A stretch of DNA of 58,183 nucleotides from a virus. Taxonomy: Duplodnaviria > Caudoviricetes. The notes beneath the pieces were generated by a model, which saw nothing but the letters and a program-made list of their open reading frames with translations, was not told the DNA's origin and made no database searches. Position 1 is the stretch's first letter. Each line of letters begins with the position of its first letter. Made by a program: the position numbers and the translations under genes. Of the stretch, positions 27,062 through 37,613 are shown in pieces. The stretch is from positions 1-58,183 of the IMG/VR virus record IMGVR_UViG_3300032156_000010, one strand, 5' to 3'.

Positions 27062-27825
27062 TGAAGCAAGCGAGGGTTCTCGATTTCATTATGGAGATCG
27101 ATGAACGAGACGGATTGGGCCGGAAGCTCTTGAAAAATGGAATTTATGAACTCCGTGAAGCCCGTACCTGGCGGGCGATTTTGCGGCCAGGGGCGACGGC
27201 ATTTGACATCGGCGCTCACTGGGGCTATTATTCCATCCAAGCGTCCAAGATCGTCGGCGAGGGGGGCTGTGTTGTCGCCGTGGAGCCTGAGCCGATGAAT
27301 TATGGGATGCTTTGCCGGAACCTCGACCTCAACCGCTGCTCGAACGTCAAGGCAATGGAGGCGGCGGTCGATGGCCCCGATCTGTCCGATTATCCTCCCG
27401 GAGCCTTCCTCCCCAACGCTAAAAATTCCGGCGCCGGCCGCCTCCTCCCCGGCCCGGCCGTTTATCCCCTTCTCCAAACGATTGCCGTCAACCGGTTGTC
27501 GCTTCTTTCTCTTCTTCGCCTTTATCCCAAGGCCAACATCGTAAAATGCGACACACAAGGCGCGGAGGCACACATCTTTTGCGCCGACGCCCTCGAGGAG
27601 CTCCGGCGGCGCGAGGCAAAAATCATTTTTGAGTACTGGCCTCGAGGACTCAACCTTCGCGGTTCCAACGGCAAGGGGCTACTGGCAAATTTTATAAACG
27701 CCGGTTTCGCCCTCTTTCGCTTCGATAAATCCGGCCTCGAGCTCCTCGGCGGGAGGGATCCCCTGGCCGGCGCCCGGGCGGGGCATACAAACCTCTTCGC
27801 CCGCCCCCGGGAGGTCGCGCCGTGA
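27058..27825 (+). CDS. FkbM-family methyltransferase
   Basis: FDIGAHWGYY, VAVEPEP, KCDTQGAE, IFEYWP. Confidence 0.9.
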   Translation: MMKQARVLDFIMEIDERDGLGRKLLKNGIYELREARTWRAILRPGATAFDIGAHWGYYSIQASKIVGEGGCVVAVEPEPMNYGMLCRNLDLNRCSNVKAMEAAVDGPDLSDYPPGAFLPNAKNSGAGRLLPGPAVYPLLQTIAVNRLSLLSLLRLYPKANIVKCDTQGAEAHIFCADALEELRRREAKIIFEYWPRGLNLRGSNGKGLLANFINAGFALFRFDKSGLELLGGRDPLAGARAGHTNLFARPREVAP

Positions 27826-28124
27826 GCTACCTCTCCCTCCTCCCCAACACCGTCCAGCTCGTCTTGATGGCGCCCGACACCATGAATCGTGTCACCCGGA
27901 GCGTGGTCGCTACGGAGAAAGCCAGGATCGAGTACACGGACAAGCTGTTCCGTATGCCGCAAGGCGAATACATCAGGTCCGTGGCCTGCGTTTTCTTGAC
28001 CGCTAAAAGCGTTGTCCGTCAGGAGCACCTGATCTGCTTCGGCGGGCGAGACTATTCGATCATCGAGCTCCGCCGCGAGCAGGGCGCCACGAAGCTCCAC
28101 CATATCGAGGCTTGGGTCCGATGA
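27822..28124 (+). CDS. head closure/stopper-like neck protein
   Basis: ~100 aa, neck position, KLHHIEAWV ending. Confidence 0.6.
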   Translation: MSYLSLLPNTVQLVLMAPDTMNRVTRSVVATEKARIEYTDKLFRMPQGEYIRSVACVFLTAKSVVRQEHLICFGGRDYSIIELRREQGATKLHHIEAWVR

Positions 28125-28561
28125 AACCTCCGGCTATATCCGCCATTTCGACCAAAAATCTTTCGTTGATTTTTGACGATGTGGATTTTTCCAACGGGTA
28201 CGCTCGTTTCATGGGGACGACCGCGCCGGAGACCGCCAAGCGGGCGATATTCCGTACCTGGGCGTTCATCCTTCGCGACGCCATCGTGGAGGAACCGAGA
28301 GCGCCGCACAAGCGCGGTTTCCTCTGGAATTCGCAGACCATCATGACGCCCTATATGATCGGCGACGAGATCGTTTCCATCGGCGGTTTCAGCATCGTCT
28401 ACGCCGGCTATCTTCACGATAAAGGCAAGCCGTCCTGGAATTGGACGCTGGCCGGATCCGGCCCCAGATATCTCTCAACAAAGTTGGCGCGGAACGCCGA
28501 AAAATATCTTCAGATCGCCGCCCGCGAGATGGCCCGCGAGTGGCCGAAGGGAAAGGGGTAG
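28121..28561 (+). CDS. HK97 gp10-like tail completion protein
   Basis: PHKRGFLWNS, YAGYLHD, GPRYL. Confidence 0.7.
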   Translation: MKPPAISAISTKNLSLIFDDVDFSNGYARFMGTTAPETAKRAIFRTWAFILRDAIVEEPRAPHKRGFLWNSQTIMTPYMIGDEIVSIGGFSIVYAGYLHDKGKPSWNWTLAGSGPRYLSTKLARNAEKYLQIAAREMAREWPKGKG

Positions 28562-28564
28562 AAA

Positions 28565-29017
28565 ATGCCCGGCAGCGGATTTGCGGAGCTGATGGCCTGG
28601 ATCGAGACGCGAGTCGGAGCCTACTGGGTCAAGGGACGCACGCTGTTTTACGGTCACCTTCCCAAGCTCACAACCCTCGGTCAGACGCCCCCGCTCCGCT
28701 GCGCCGTCCTCGCCCACATGGATCCCGGGGTGACAGACGGCCAATTGCCCGACTTCGCGGAGTTCTCTTTTCAAGTCTGGAATAGGCACAAGGATTATCC
28801 CTCGGCCGAGGAGGACGCTTATCATTTCTTCTGGATCCTCCACGGCCAGGCGGGCCTCAATCTGCCCGTGCTGACATCGGGGGAGGAATGGACGGCTATG
28901 GTAATTGACGCAATCGGACGGCCCACCGCTATCGGCAATCCCGAGGAGGAGGGCTTTTGGACGTTTGCGACGAACTACATTTGCCGGCTTGAAGCGCCGG
29001 CCCTATCACCCTATTAA
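28565..29017 (+). CDS. tail terminator-like protein
   Basis: Position before tail tube; FQVWNR...FATNY. Confidence 0.65.
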   Translation: MPGSGFAELMAWIETRVGAYWVKGRTLFYGHLPKLTTLGQTPPLRCAVLAHMDPGVTDGQLPDFAEFSFQVWNRHKDYPSAEEDAYHFFWILHGQAGLNLPVLTSGEEWTAMVIDAIGRPTAIGNPEEEGFWTFATNYICRLEAPALSPY

Positions 29018-29029
29018 GGAGGAAAAAAC

Positions 29030-29560
29030 ATGGGTGTAAAACTTCCTTTCAATGACATCGGACCCTGCGACGTTGTGTGGGATTACGGCGAGCCAGGCGA
29101 GTACAGCCTCGGCCCGTATGTGGGCCAAGTCAAACTCGCGGCCGAGGATCAGATCGTCAAGGTGTTCGAGGAGAGCCTGGGCGATACGGCGGTCGACGCC
29201 GTTAACTCGGGAATGACGGCGGAGCTGACTGTGCCGCTGACCCGTTCGACGCTCCAACAGTTGGAGCACATCCTGCCGGGCGTCACACTCGATGTCAACG
29301 GCAACCTGGTCTTTCGCCCGAGGTGCGGTTCGGCGATGTATTCCGCCGCCAAGGCGATCGTCATCAAGCCGGTCGAGAACATGGTGCCCGTGGCGGATGT
29401 CGGGAAATGGATCATGTTCTACAAGTGCTATCCGTACAAATCGCTCGAGATCCCCTTCGATCGCTCGAGCCAACGGACGCACTTGCTCAAGTTCCTGGTT
29501 TTCCCGAACATGGACTCGGGCTTCAGCTACGAGATGTGGCAGTACGGCGTTCACCCCTAA
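29030..29560 (+). CDS. major tail tube protein
   Basis: IGPCDVVW, AELTVPL; strong RBS; position. Confidence 0.75.
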   Translation: MGVKLPFNDIGPCDVVWDYGEPGEYSLGPYVGQVKLAAEDQIVKVFEESLGDTAVDAVNSGMTAELTVPLTRSTLQQLEHILPGVTLDVNGNLVFRPRCGSAMYSAAKAIVIKPVENMVPVADVGKWIMFYKCYPYKSLEIPFDRSSQRTHLLKFLVFPNMDSGFSYEMWQYGVHP

Positions 29561-29603
29561 CGGGATGATGCCGGCTTAAAATTCTACGAGGGAGGGATTC
29601 GCT

Positions 29604-29981
29604 ATGCAAGATGAAAAAATTATCAAAGCGGAGGACCACGCCAAGCGGGTCGTCGTCACGGTAGGCGATAAGCGGCTCGCGGTCCGGCGGTTGACCCGCG
29701 ACGTGATGAAAGAGATCTTCACGCTCGACACCCTACTCAAGAAGATCGACGAGGAAAAAGACCCGATGGCCGCGCTAGAGCTGGTCTACAAGCAGCTCCG
29801 CATTTTCCTCGGCCCGGCGCCGGAAATCGAAGAGCTTTCCTACTCGGAAGCCACCGGCATTTCGCGCGATATCACGGCTGCGCTTTTCCCGGGCAGGAAA
29901 CCGCCCGGTGAAGTGCTGGCGCCGGAAATAGCGGTAGGAAAAAACTTGACAGGGCCTGGGGACTCAAAGCGTCCCGCGTAG
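29604..29981 (+). CDS. tail assembly chaperone (G); -1 frameshift product (GT) extends to 30196
   Basis: Slippery A-AAA-AAC at 29939-29945; -1 frame open to TAG 30194-30196, just before tape measure. Confidence 0.85.
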   Translation: MQDEKIIKAEDHAKRVVVTVGDKRLAVRRLTRDVMKEIFTLDTLLKKIDEEKDPMAALELVYKQLRIFLGPAPEIEELSYSEATGISRDITAALFPGRKPPGEVLAPEIAVGKNLTGPGDSKRPA

Positions 29982-30197
29982 CCGCGGAGTTTCCGGGCCT
30001 GTTCTCCGCCGCCGAGTTTTACGAACTCGACTGGAGGGAGCTTGATTACTGGGATCTGCTCGCGGAAATCAGGGAGCGGAGGCGAGAGCTCATGCTCTAC
30101 AGTGCTGCCCGCGCCGGTCAGGCGTCGGACGCTTCGTTCCGCGATGCTACGGACGTGCTTTCCTACACGCTTTTGCTTTTAGGCGAGGAGTTATAGG

Positions 30198-33100
30198 ATG
30201 CAAGGAAGCGGCGGAAGTTTTGTTGCCGGCTCGATCGTCGGCCAACTGCGCCTTGACAAGTCGCAGTGGACACAATCGATTGGCGGTGTCAAACAGGATC
30301 TAGGCCAGCTCAAGACCTCTGCGTCCCCCGCCGCGGCCGCTATCGGGGGCCTGGCCGGGCAGTTTGCCCTCGGGCAGCTCGCCGCCATCGGGATTCAAGG
30401 CGCCCTTAGATTTGTCGTCGGACAGCTTGGCTCCTGTATCAAGGAGGCCATCGCAGCCGAAGATTCCATCGCTCAACTCGAGGCCGTCCTCAAGAGTACA
30501 AAAAATGCTTCCGGAATGACGAAGGATGAGCTGATCCTTCTCTCCGAGGGACTCCAGGACGTCACGACCTACAGCGATGATACCATCCTTGCAGGCGAAA
30601 ACCTACTCCTGACTTTCACCAAAATCGGTAAAGATATATTTCCGGAGGCGACGGCTTGTATGCTCGATATGTCGAAGGCCCTCGGGCAGGATCTCAAGGG
30701 CTCGGCCATCCAACTCGGCAAGGCGCTCCAAGATCCGATTCTCGGTATCACGGCCCTGCGGCGCGTCGGCGTCAACTTCAACGATGCCCAGAAGGACATC
30801 ATCCAAAAGCTCGTCGAATCCGGGAACCTTTTCGAAGCGCAAAAGCTCATCCTGAAGGAACTTTCCACCGAATTCGGCGGGTCGGCGCAAGCCGCAGCCG
30901 GGACGTATAGCGGCCGCCTGGCGCAGCTCAAAAACAGCATTAACGACGTGAAAGAGGAGATCGGCGCGGCGCTGTTGCCGGTTCTAAAAAAGATCGTTGA
31001 AGCGATCACGCCCATCGTAAGATCGATCGGGGATTGGATTAAAAACAATCAGGATCTCATTGCCGATACCATCAGGCTTGTCGGCGACACGGCAGATTTT
31101 GTCTGGAACATGGGCAACGCCGGAAGTGTTCTCGGCCTGCTAAACGAAAAATTCGCGGACCTCAAGATCACCCTGGCTGATATCGTTGCCGGCCCGGGCG
31201 GCAAGCTCCTCCTTTGGATCATTGAGACGAATCATAAAATGCGCGACGCTGAGCGCCAGACCGAACGCCTGGTTGATCAGCAGGATAAGGCCAAAACCAT
31301 TCTCCGCGATTGGGCGCGGGAGAACGAAATCGGGGCCGCTACGCTAAATACATTGGCGACGGCATACGACAGCAACTATGTCGCCATGCACAACGCCATT
31401 ATGGAAGGCAAGGTCGGCCAGGGACTCCAAGAATCGCTCGCCGAATGGCACAAAAAAGCGGCCGCGGCCGTGAACGACAACGCCGATGCGACGGACGCCC
31501 TCACGGAAACCGCCAAAAGGCTCGGTTTCTCTCTACGCACGGATGTCATCGCGCAAATCAAGGAATTGGAGGGCGCCCTAGAGCTTTTGAGGAAGAAGGG
31601 CGAGGACACGCCGGGCGCCATCAACGAGATCAACGAGAAAATACGCAAACTGCAAACGCTCCTAGTTGACACGAATAATCCGATGGTAGCCATGCGGCTA
31701 AACCTGGATGATTTAACCGATCGCTATACGAAGTATGGCGCCTCCATGCCGCTCGCCGAACAGTTCAAGCTGAGAACGGAAATCGTCAACACAAAGCTGG
31801 CCCTGGAAGGAGCGACTCCGTCGTTCGAGACGATGGTCGATAAAATGATGCTTCAGCGAGAGACCACCGTCCTTGTGCGCGAGGAAACGAAAAGCCTGGG
31901 AGAAGAATTCGGCATCGTGACGAAAGCGAACATAGCCGCGACCATAGATAAAATCACGCGAGCCTTGGAGGAATACAAAAACGTCGGCGCGACGGGGGAA
32001 ACCGAAAAGCTCGAAATGAGACTCATCCAACTAAAGCTCTCCGCCGCCGGCGCCTATCCTCCGGTCGCGTTACTCGAGGAGGAATTCCGGCTGTGGGCCA
32101 AGCAGGGGCCCCCCGTTCGCATGGGCATCGTGGAAATCGGGCAGGCGCTTGGGGTGACGTTCAGCAAGGATATCGAGAATCGAATCGCCATGATCACGCA
32201 GCTCTTCCAGGACTACGGCGATCAACTTCCGGTTGGGCAACAGCGGGCCTTCCGCGAGGAGATGGCCCAGTTAAAGCTCGGCGATATGGCGACGGAATGG
32301 TTTAACTTCTTCGACGCTGTATCGCAGGGCGCCGGGAATGCGGTTAAGGAATGTATCAAATTGCCGGCGGAAATGCGCAAATGGGTGGACGAGTTGCCGC
32401 CCCTCCTGGGGGGCTTGTTCACCTCGATTTATGACGCCTTTTCCCAGATGGTCGCCGATATGATCACGAAATGGGTGAAGGACTTTCTGGTCTCCCTGGT
32501 GAGCGAGACGGCCACCGCAGCCGGCAAAGCTACGGCTTCACTTGTCGGTATCGGCAAGACCGTCATGCAGACCACCGGGGACGTCGCGGGCGCGGCGGCC
32601 AAGACGGCGACCGGGGCCATCAGCGGAGTGGCGACGAGCCTGGTCAACACGATTTCCGGCGTCGTGACGGCCGTCGCCAGCGTCCTAAACCTATTCAAGA
32701 AGGCCGATTACTCGTCCATGACTTACTGGCTCAAGATGATAAAGGATTTGAATCAGGAGATGAGGGATTATCTGTTCATCGTGCTCGAGGGCCAGCACCT
32801 GGGTTACATGCACGACATCATGGTGGACGACAATAAGTGCCTTTGGGATCTGGTCTACAAGGGACAAGGCATCCTCGACCTCTTGGGCAGCGGGTTCCAG
32901 TCCGTGGTGGATGCCATCCACGGCATCAAGAGTATGCAGGGCGGCGGTTACGTGGAACGGGGCGGACTCGCTATGCTGCACGCCGGGGAGCGGGTGTTGT
33001 CGGCCCCCGGCCATGAAAGACCCTTTCAGATGGCGACTGCCGCCGGCTCCGGTCAAACCGTAGCGATCACCATGAACAACACGTTCGAGATCTCCGGCAG

Positions 33101-33218
33101 CGCCTCCGGGGATGACGTTCGAAAACAAGTGCGCGGGGAAATAATTCCGGCCATTCTCGATTCGCTGGACGTGCACTATATGAAAGCCCTTTGGCAACAG
33201 AAATTAGGGGTGAAATAG
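30198..33218 (+). CDS. tape measure protein
   Basis: 1006 aa helical; AIQLGKALQDPILGITALRRVG; GGYVERGGLAMLHAGERV. Confidence 0.93.
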   Translation: MQGSGGSFVAGSIVGQLRLDKSQWTQSIGGVKQDLGQLKTSASPAAAAIGGLAGQFALGQLAAIGIQGALRFVVGQLGSCIKEAIAAEDSIAQLEAVLKSTKNASGMTKDELILLSEGLQDVTTYSDDTILAGENLLLTFTKIGKDIFPEATACMLDMSKALGQDLKGSAIQLGKALQDPILGITALRRVGVNFNDAQKDIIQKLVESGNLFEAQKLILKELSTEFGGSAQAAAGTYSGRLAQLKNSINDVKEEIGAALLPVLKKIVEAITPIVRSIGDWIKNNQDLIADTIRLVGDTADFVWNMGNAGSVLGLLNEKFADLKITLADIVAGPGGKLLLWIIETNHKMRDAERQTERLVDQQDKAKTILRDWARENEIGAATLNTLATAYDSNYVAMHNAIMEGKVGQGLQESLAEWHKKAAAAVNDNADATDALTETAKRLGFSLRTDVIAQIKELEGALELLRKKGEDTPGAINEINEKIRKLQTLLVDTNNPMVAMRLNLDDLTDRYTKYGASMPLAEQFKLRTEIVNTKLALEGATPSFETMVDKMMLQRETTVLVREETKSLGEEFGIVTKANIAATIDKITRALEEYKNVGATGETEKLEMRLIQLKLSAAGAYPPVALLEEEFRLWAKQGPPVRMGIVEIGQALGVTFSKDIENRIAMITQLFQDYGDQLPVGQQRAFREEMAQLKLGDMATEWFNFFDAVSQGAGNAVKECIKLPAEMRKWVDELPPLLGGLFTSIYDAFSQMVADMITKWVKDFLVSLVSETATAAGKATASLVGIGKTVMQTTGDVAGAAAKTATGAISGVATSLVNTISGVVTAVASVLNLFKKADYSSMTYWLKMIKDLNQEMRDYLFIVLEGQHLGYMHDIMVDDNKCLWDLVYKGQGILDLLGSGFQSVVDAIHGIKSMQGGGYVERGGLAMLHAGERVLSAPGHERPFQMATAAGSGQTVAITMNNTFEISGSASGDDVRKQVRGEIIPAILDSLDVHYMKALWQQKLGVK

Positions 33219-33220
33219 CC

Positions 33221-34000
33221 ATGTCCATGCTCTACGCGATAAATAATCTAATCAACTTAAACACGCTGGTGGCGACGAGCACGGAGGATCCCGTCTACGT
33301 GAAAGAATGGCTTTATGATCGGCGCCCCAGCCGGCCGTTCCGGTTCACGGTCAAGACGGCTCAGTGGATAAAGGTGAATTTGGGCGCTCCGATGCAGATC
33401 ACCCTGGCCGCCCTCTTCAATCACAACCTGCAGGATGCGGTCTCCTCCGTGCTGCTGGAAGCGGATAATGCCGGCGCCTGGCCGCCCGGTTGTTACCAGC
33501 AGGCCATGACCTGGCGCGCCGAAGATCAACGGTTGCTCCTAAATCAGACCTACCAGTGGTGGCGCCTGGCGGTATCCGATGCCACGAATTCCGAGAACCT
33601 ACAGGTGGGCGATTTTTTCCTCGGCAATTGGCAGAAATTCGCCTATGGCAAGGTACAGCCGGGCCGGGCCGACGGGCCGGTACTTCATCGATCAACCTAC
33701 ACCACGCCCTACGGCCAGCTTTGGAGCTCCTATTTCGGGAAATCCGGGAGATTCGAGATAAGGATTCGGAATTTAAGCAGCGCCGCCCAAGTCGATGAAC
33801 TACAAACGTTTATCGAAGCGGTGGCCGCCGCTGGCGGGACATTCGTATTTATGCCGCGGGACACTTTGCCCCATGTCTATTATGTTTTTTTGGAAAACGA
33901 AGAAGCCTTTGCCCAGCAGATCGTAGCCGGCCCGACAGAGGAATTGCGGGACTGGAGCCTGAGGCTTCGCGTTCTAAACAAGGGGATCACCCTGCTGTGA
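33221..34000 (+). CDS. distal tail-like protein
   Basis: Follows TMP; ALFNHNL, YQWWRL. Confidence 0.6.
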   Translation: MSMLYAINNLINLNTLVATSTEDPVYVKEWLYDRRPSRPFRFTVKTAQWIKVNLGAPMQITLAALFNHNLQDAVSSVLLEADNAGAWPPGCYQQAMTWRAEDQRLLLNQTYQWWRLAVSDATNSENLQVGDFFLGNWQKFAYGKVQPGRADGPVLHRSTYTTPYGQLWSSYFGKSGRFEIRIRNLSSAAQVDELQTFIEAVAAAGGTFVFMPRDTLPHVYYVFLENEEAFAQQIVAGPTEELRDWSLRLRVLNKGITLL

Positions 34001-34863
34001 ATACCGCCGACGAGATCAAGCAACTACGCCAGGAGGTGACCCGGATAAACTTCCTTCTCATGCAACTTCGGGGCTCGGCTGGACCCGGCGCCGCTCATAA
34101 TCTTTTATCTGCGATGCATGCCGACAGCACGCCGGCCTCTCCGGTACTTGGCGACGTTATCGTGGCAGGGGCCGCCCCGGCTTGGAAAAGGAAAGCCGGC
34201 AACATAACGGCGACCCGGAAATTCTTGAGGCAGGTGGGGACGGGGGCGGTTTCTGACGAACCCGAATGGGACACCCTTCAGCCCGGAGACCTCATGGGCG
34301 CGCTTAACCCGCTCTCCGGAGGGACGCCGCTGGAATACTGGCGGCACTGGGGCGCCACTAATTATGTGAGTTGGTATGCGCCCACTTTTGCACCTGGGAC
34401 GACGACTGGCACCATGACCAAAGACCAGCTTTACGCAGTCCCCTTTAGCTGTCCGAAGAATATCACGCTCGATCGAATCGCCTGCAGGTTGAACACCGCC
34501 GTCGCGGGGAATGCGCGAATCGGGATCTATACTGACGGCGGGAATATTTATCCGGCCTCCCTGGTCTTGGACGCCGGGACGATCAGCACCGCCGCGCCCA
34601 CGGGGCTCAAAACGCTGACGATAAATCAGGCGCTTGTCGGGCCGGCGCTCTACTGGCTTGTCATCGTATTCAGTGCGAACACTTCGATGGTGTGCTCCCA
34701 AGGAGGGGGGACAATTTCTATAGTGGGATTTTTTGATCCGACCGTTGTGGCCACCATAGGTCTTTGGGCGGCCTTCGCTTATGGTGCTCTGCCTGCGAAT
34801 TTTCCCGGGTCGCCAACATTAGTCTCTGTCATAAATGCTTTTTGGGTCAGGTTATCGGCATGA
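33997..34863 (+). CDS. tail fibre/receptor-binding-like protein
   Basis: N-terminal coiled coil, G/T/A-rich beta domain (ARIGIY...P...VLDAG...YWL). Confidence 0.6.
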   Translation: MNTADEIKQLRQEVTRINFLLMQLRGSAGPGAAHNLLSAMHADSTPASPVLGDVIVAGAAPAWKRKAGNITATRKFLRQVGTGAVSDEPEWDTLQPGDLMGALNPLSGGTPLEYWRHWGATNYVSWYAPTFAPGTTTGTMTKDQLYAVPFSCPKNITLDRIACRLNTAVAGNARIGIYTDGGNIYPASLVLDAGTISTAAPTGLKTLTINQALVGPALYWLVIVFSANTSMVCSQGGGTISIVGFFDPTVVATIGLWAAFAYGALPANFPGSPTLVSVINAFWVRLSA

Positions 34864-37601
34864 TTCCCTTCCGCGAATGGTACGAATTTTACAGCGCCAC
34901 CCTGGAAGCGCTGGACGCGACGGACTTTACCACCGCCGCACAATGGGGCATCGGCCACTACGGCTACTGCTCGCTCGGCCATCAAGAAGAACTCCCCGGC
35001 GGGGTCGGCTGCCTCAACCGCTGGGACGCGCTTTTCAAACCGAAAGACTCGGCCTTCTCCACTGCCAGCGCGGATCACATCTTCGCCTATGCAGCGTGCC
35101 TGAACCTCTGCGTAGCTCAGAACGATTGGGGCGGTGGGAGTTTGACTTCGTTCAAACTGCGGCTCGGCCAGGTGAATGACGTCGTCCATGCCGTCGACGT
35201 CTGGGAGCCGGCCCTGGTGAGCGGCCGCATGTATGACGGCGCAAATAATTGGAGCGGCTTCCCGGTCGACGGCTACTGGCCCTATCCCGTCCCCACCATA
35301 ACGGTCGCCAGCCTCCCGGCGAGCATAGTGACGGAGAAGTCGTGCTATGAACTCGGAGTCGGCTGGGGAGCGCATCACGGCCAACCTGGGATGTTCCGCA
35401 ATGGGTTCCATATCTACCTTGAGAGTTTTGTCCCGGGCCGGCTCCCGGGCGACGTGTTCCGGGCCGGCTGTCGAATAGAATATCTCCGCTGCTACATGGT
35501 CAACTGCGTCGTGAACAGTCTGAGCCGGGTCTGGGTGCACGAAGCGGGCGGCGACACTCTGGTACTGGCGGGGCTGGGCTTCGACAACACAGATGCCGAG
35601 GTGGCCGCGATCGGCCCCGGCGACGTGCCAGGGGGCGGGTTCCTTGACGCCGTGGACTTTATTTATCTGGAAGGGCTGCAGGGCCAGGGTACCTATACGT
35701 TGCAACGCACTTTGGGCCACTTCACGATCGACAGCAATTCGCAGATCACCATCGCCGCCACCCCGGCCATGATACGCGGTACCTATGCCGTTCGGCTGCA
35801 GAAGGTAGGCGTCAACTGTGATGGCGTGGTGCCGACCGTCAATAGCTATGCCGGCGATTTTTGGTGTACCAGTGATGGTCGGATGTACGCCGGTGCCCGC
35901 ATGGCCCTGCAGGTGGGCGAGCCCTTGACGCGACGCCGGCCCATCACGCTGACGAGATGGCGATTCCGAAAGCGGGACGGTACCTATATCACTAAATATT
36001 ACGCACCCATCGACACCTGCGCGCCTGACGTATTTTATGACGGCCGCATCTTGAGCATCGGCAGTCTGGATCGCGGCATGGACGATCTCACGGGGATGCC
36101 CAATATTGCGGAAATGACCGTGGAGATGGCTAATACCGACAAGGAATTCAGCAAACTATTGGACGAATATGTGCTCAAGAACGCCGAGTGCGAAGTGTGG
36201 CTGGCCTGGGCCGAGGAACCGCACGGGCTCAAGGTAGCGCAGACACGCCTGGTGGTGGATGATTACAGCCGGAAAGGCACCGCGTTCAACTTTATTCTGC
36301 GGGATGTTTCGACTCAATATTTCAAAGTCCAAGTGCCTCGCTATTTTGTCACTAAAGTCGAGTATCCGAACGCTCACGAGCAGGCGCTCGGCCAGCCGAT
36401 GCCCGAAGTACTCGGCTATAATGTACACGACACCGGCGACGCGCCCGGCGCCGTTACGGCGCTCTACGTGGACATCACCACCTTCACGTATCTGGCCGCT
36501 CGCGGGAGTCTTCATGCCGTACTCGCCGTCTATTCGGACGGGGTATTAGTGGGCGGCGGGAGTTACGAGGTGTTTTATGACGTCCAAGGGCGCACGCTCA
36601 TCCAGTTCGCCGGCGACCAGGGGAGCAATAAAATCACTTTCAATGCCGAAGGTTATATGTTTGAACCGTGGAATAGCGCCAACGATTACGTGCAAAATCC
36701 GATTTATATTTTGCTTTTTTATCTGGCCCTTATTGCGGAGATCCCGATTGAATTCTTCCGGCTCGATAAATTCATAGACTTGGCCGCCATCTACGACACG
36801 CTCGGCTGGGGCGAAGCCGGGCGATGGGCTGCCGCCAGTTTTCAAGGCGCGGACAGTGGTCTGCAGGAATTACTATTCAGCTTCGGGTGCAAACTCTATC
36901 AGGAAAAATCAGGCCAGTTCGTCGTCGGCAAAAAAGATATTTCGAGCTTTGCCAATTCCATGCGGCTGTTCGATCAGATTGATGCCTTGGAACCTGCTGG
37001 GCAGGCCTTCAGTTTACGCTCCGCGGTGAACAGCCTGCGGGTGTTGGCCGATCTCCAGCTGGCCCCTGGTCTTTGCAAATTGGCTAAACAACAACAGCGC
37101 CAAAGTAGCATTGATGACCTACAGGCTGTGATCGAGCCCGGCACTTCGCCGACCGTTTTTCCTTGGATAACGTTGGAAAGTATGCTCGATCAGTTGATGC
37201 AGGATTATCTGCTCAAATACGGTTATGGTGATCAAAAACTTACCTTCCCGGTCGGCATTCATTATATCGACGAACTGGAAATTTTCGGCAACTTCCGTTT
37301 CCAAGACCTTTTCGGTTTGGACAAATTGGGCGTTGGTCAACCCGGCCGCTATTATTATATCGAGCGCATGAGCACGGATTTGCTGGGCGGGGCCATTACG
37401 ATCACGGCCATTGACTTCCAGTGGCTGTTGCGCCAGTATTTTATCTTGGGAGACGAGGGCGCCCTGGCCGCGACCTGGGCCGCCGCAAGCGACACCGACC
37501 GGATGTATGGCTATCTGTGCAACGAAGTGACCGGGAAGTTCGCCGACGGCGAACCCGGCAAAATACTCGTAGATGAAAACGTGTTGGGGAGCGGCACCTA
37601 A
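34860..37601 (+). CDS. large tail tip/hub protein
   Basis: ~913 aa beta-rich, IPT-like segment, tail module position. Confidence 0.65.
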   Translation: MIPFREWYEFYSATLEALDATDFTTAAQWGIGHYGYCSLGHQEELPGGVGCLNRWDALFKPKDSAFSTASADHIFAYAACLNLCVAQNDWGGGSLTSFKLRLGQVNDVVHAVDVWEPALVSGRMYDGANNWSGFPVDGYWPYPVPTITVASLPASIVTEKSCYELGVGWGAHHGQPGMFRNGFHIYLESFVPGRLPGDVFRAGCRIEYLRCYMVNCVVNSLSRVWVHEAGGDTLVLAGLGFDNTDAEVAAIGPGDVPGGGFLDAVDFIYLEGLQGQGTYTLQRTLGHFTIDSNSQITIAATPAMIRGTYAVRLQKVGVNCDGVVPTVNSYAGDFWCTSDGRMYAGARMALQVGEPLTRRRPITLTRWRFRKRDGTYITKYYAPIDTCAPDVFYDGRILSIGSLDRGMDDLTGMPNIAEMTVEMANTDKEFSKLLDEYVLKNAECEVWLAWAEEPHGLKVAQTRLVVDDYSRKGTAFNFILRDVSTQYFKVQVPRYFVTKVEYPNAHEQALGQPMPEVLGYNVHDTGDAPGAVTALYVDITTFTYLAARGSLHAVLAVYSDGVLVGGGSYEVFYDVQGRTLIQFAGDQGSNKITFNAEGYMFEPWNSANDYVQNPIYILLFYLALIAEIPIEFFRLDKFIDLAAIYDTLGWGEAGRWAAASFQGADSGLQELLFSFGCKLYQEKSGQFVVGKKDISSFANSMRLFDQIDALEPAGQAFSLRSAVNSLRVLADLQLAPGLCKLAKQQQRQSSIDDLQAVIEPGTSPTVFPWITLESMLDQLMQDYLLKYGYGDQKLTFPVGIHYIDELEIFGNFRFQDLFGLDKLGVGQPGRYYYIERMSTDLLGGAITITAIDFQWLLRQYFILGDEGALAATWAAASDTDRMYGYLCNEVTGKFADGEPGKILVDENVLGSGT

Positions 37602-37613
37602 TAGGAGGATCCC

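Noticed and set aside
8304-35720. Long antisense ORFs (e.g. 8304-9254, 15319-16221, 18042-19178, 34779-35720)
   Set aside because: Shadows of GC-rich sense genes; no motifs or RBS
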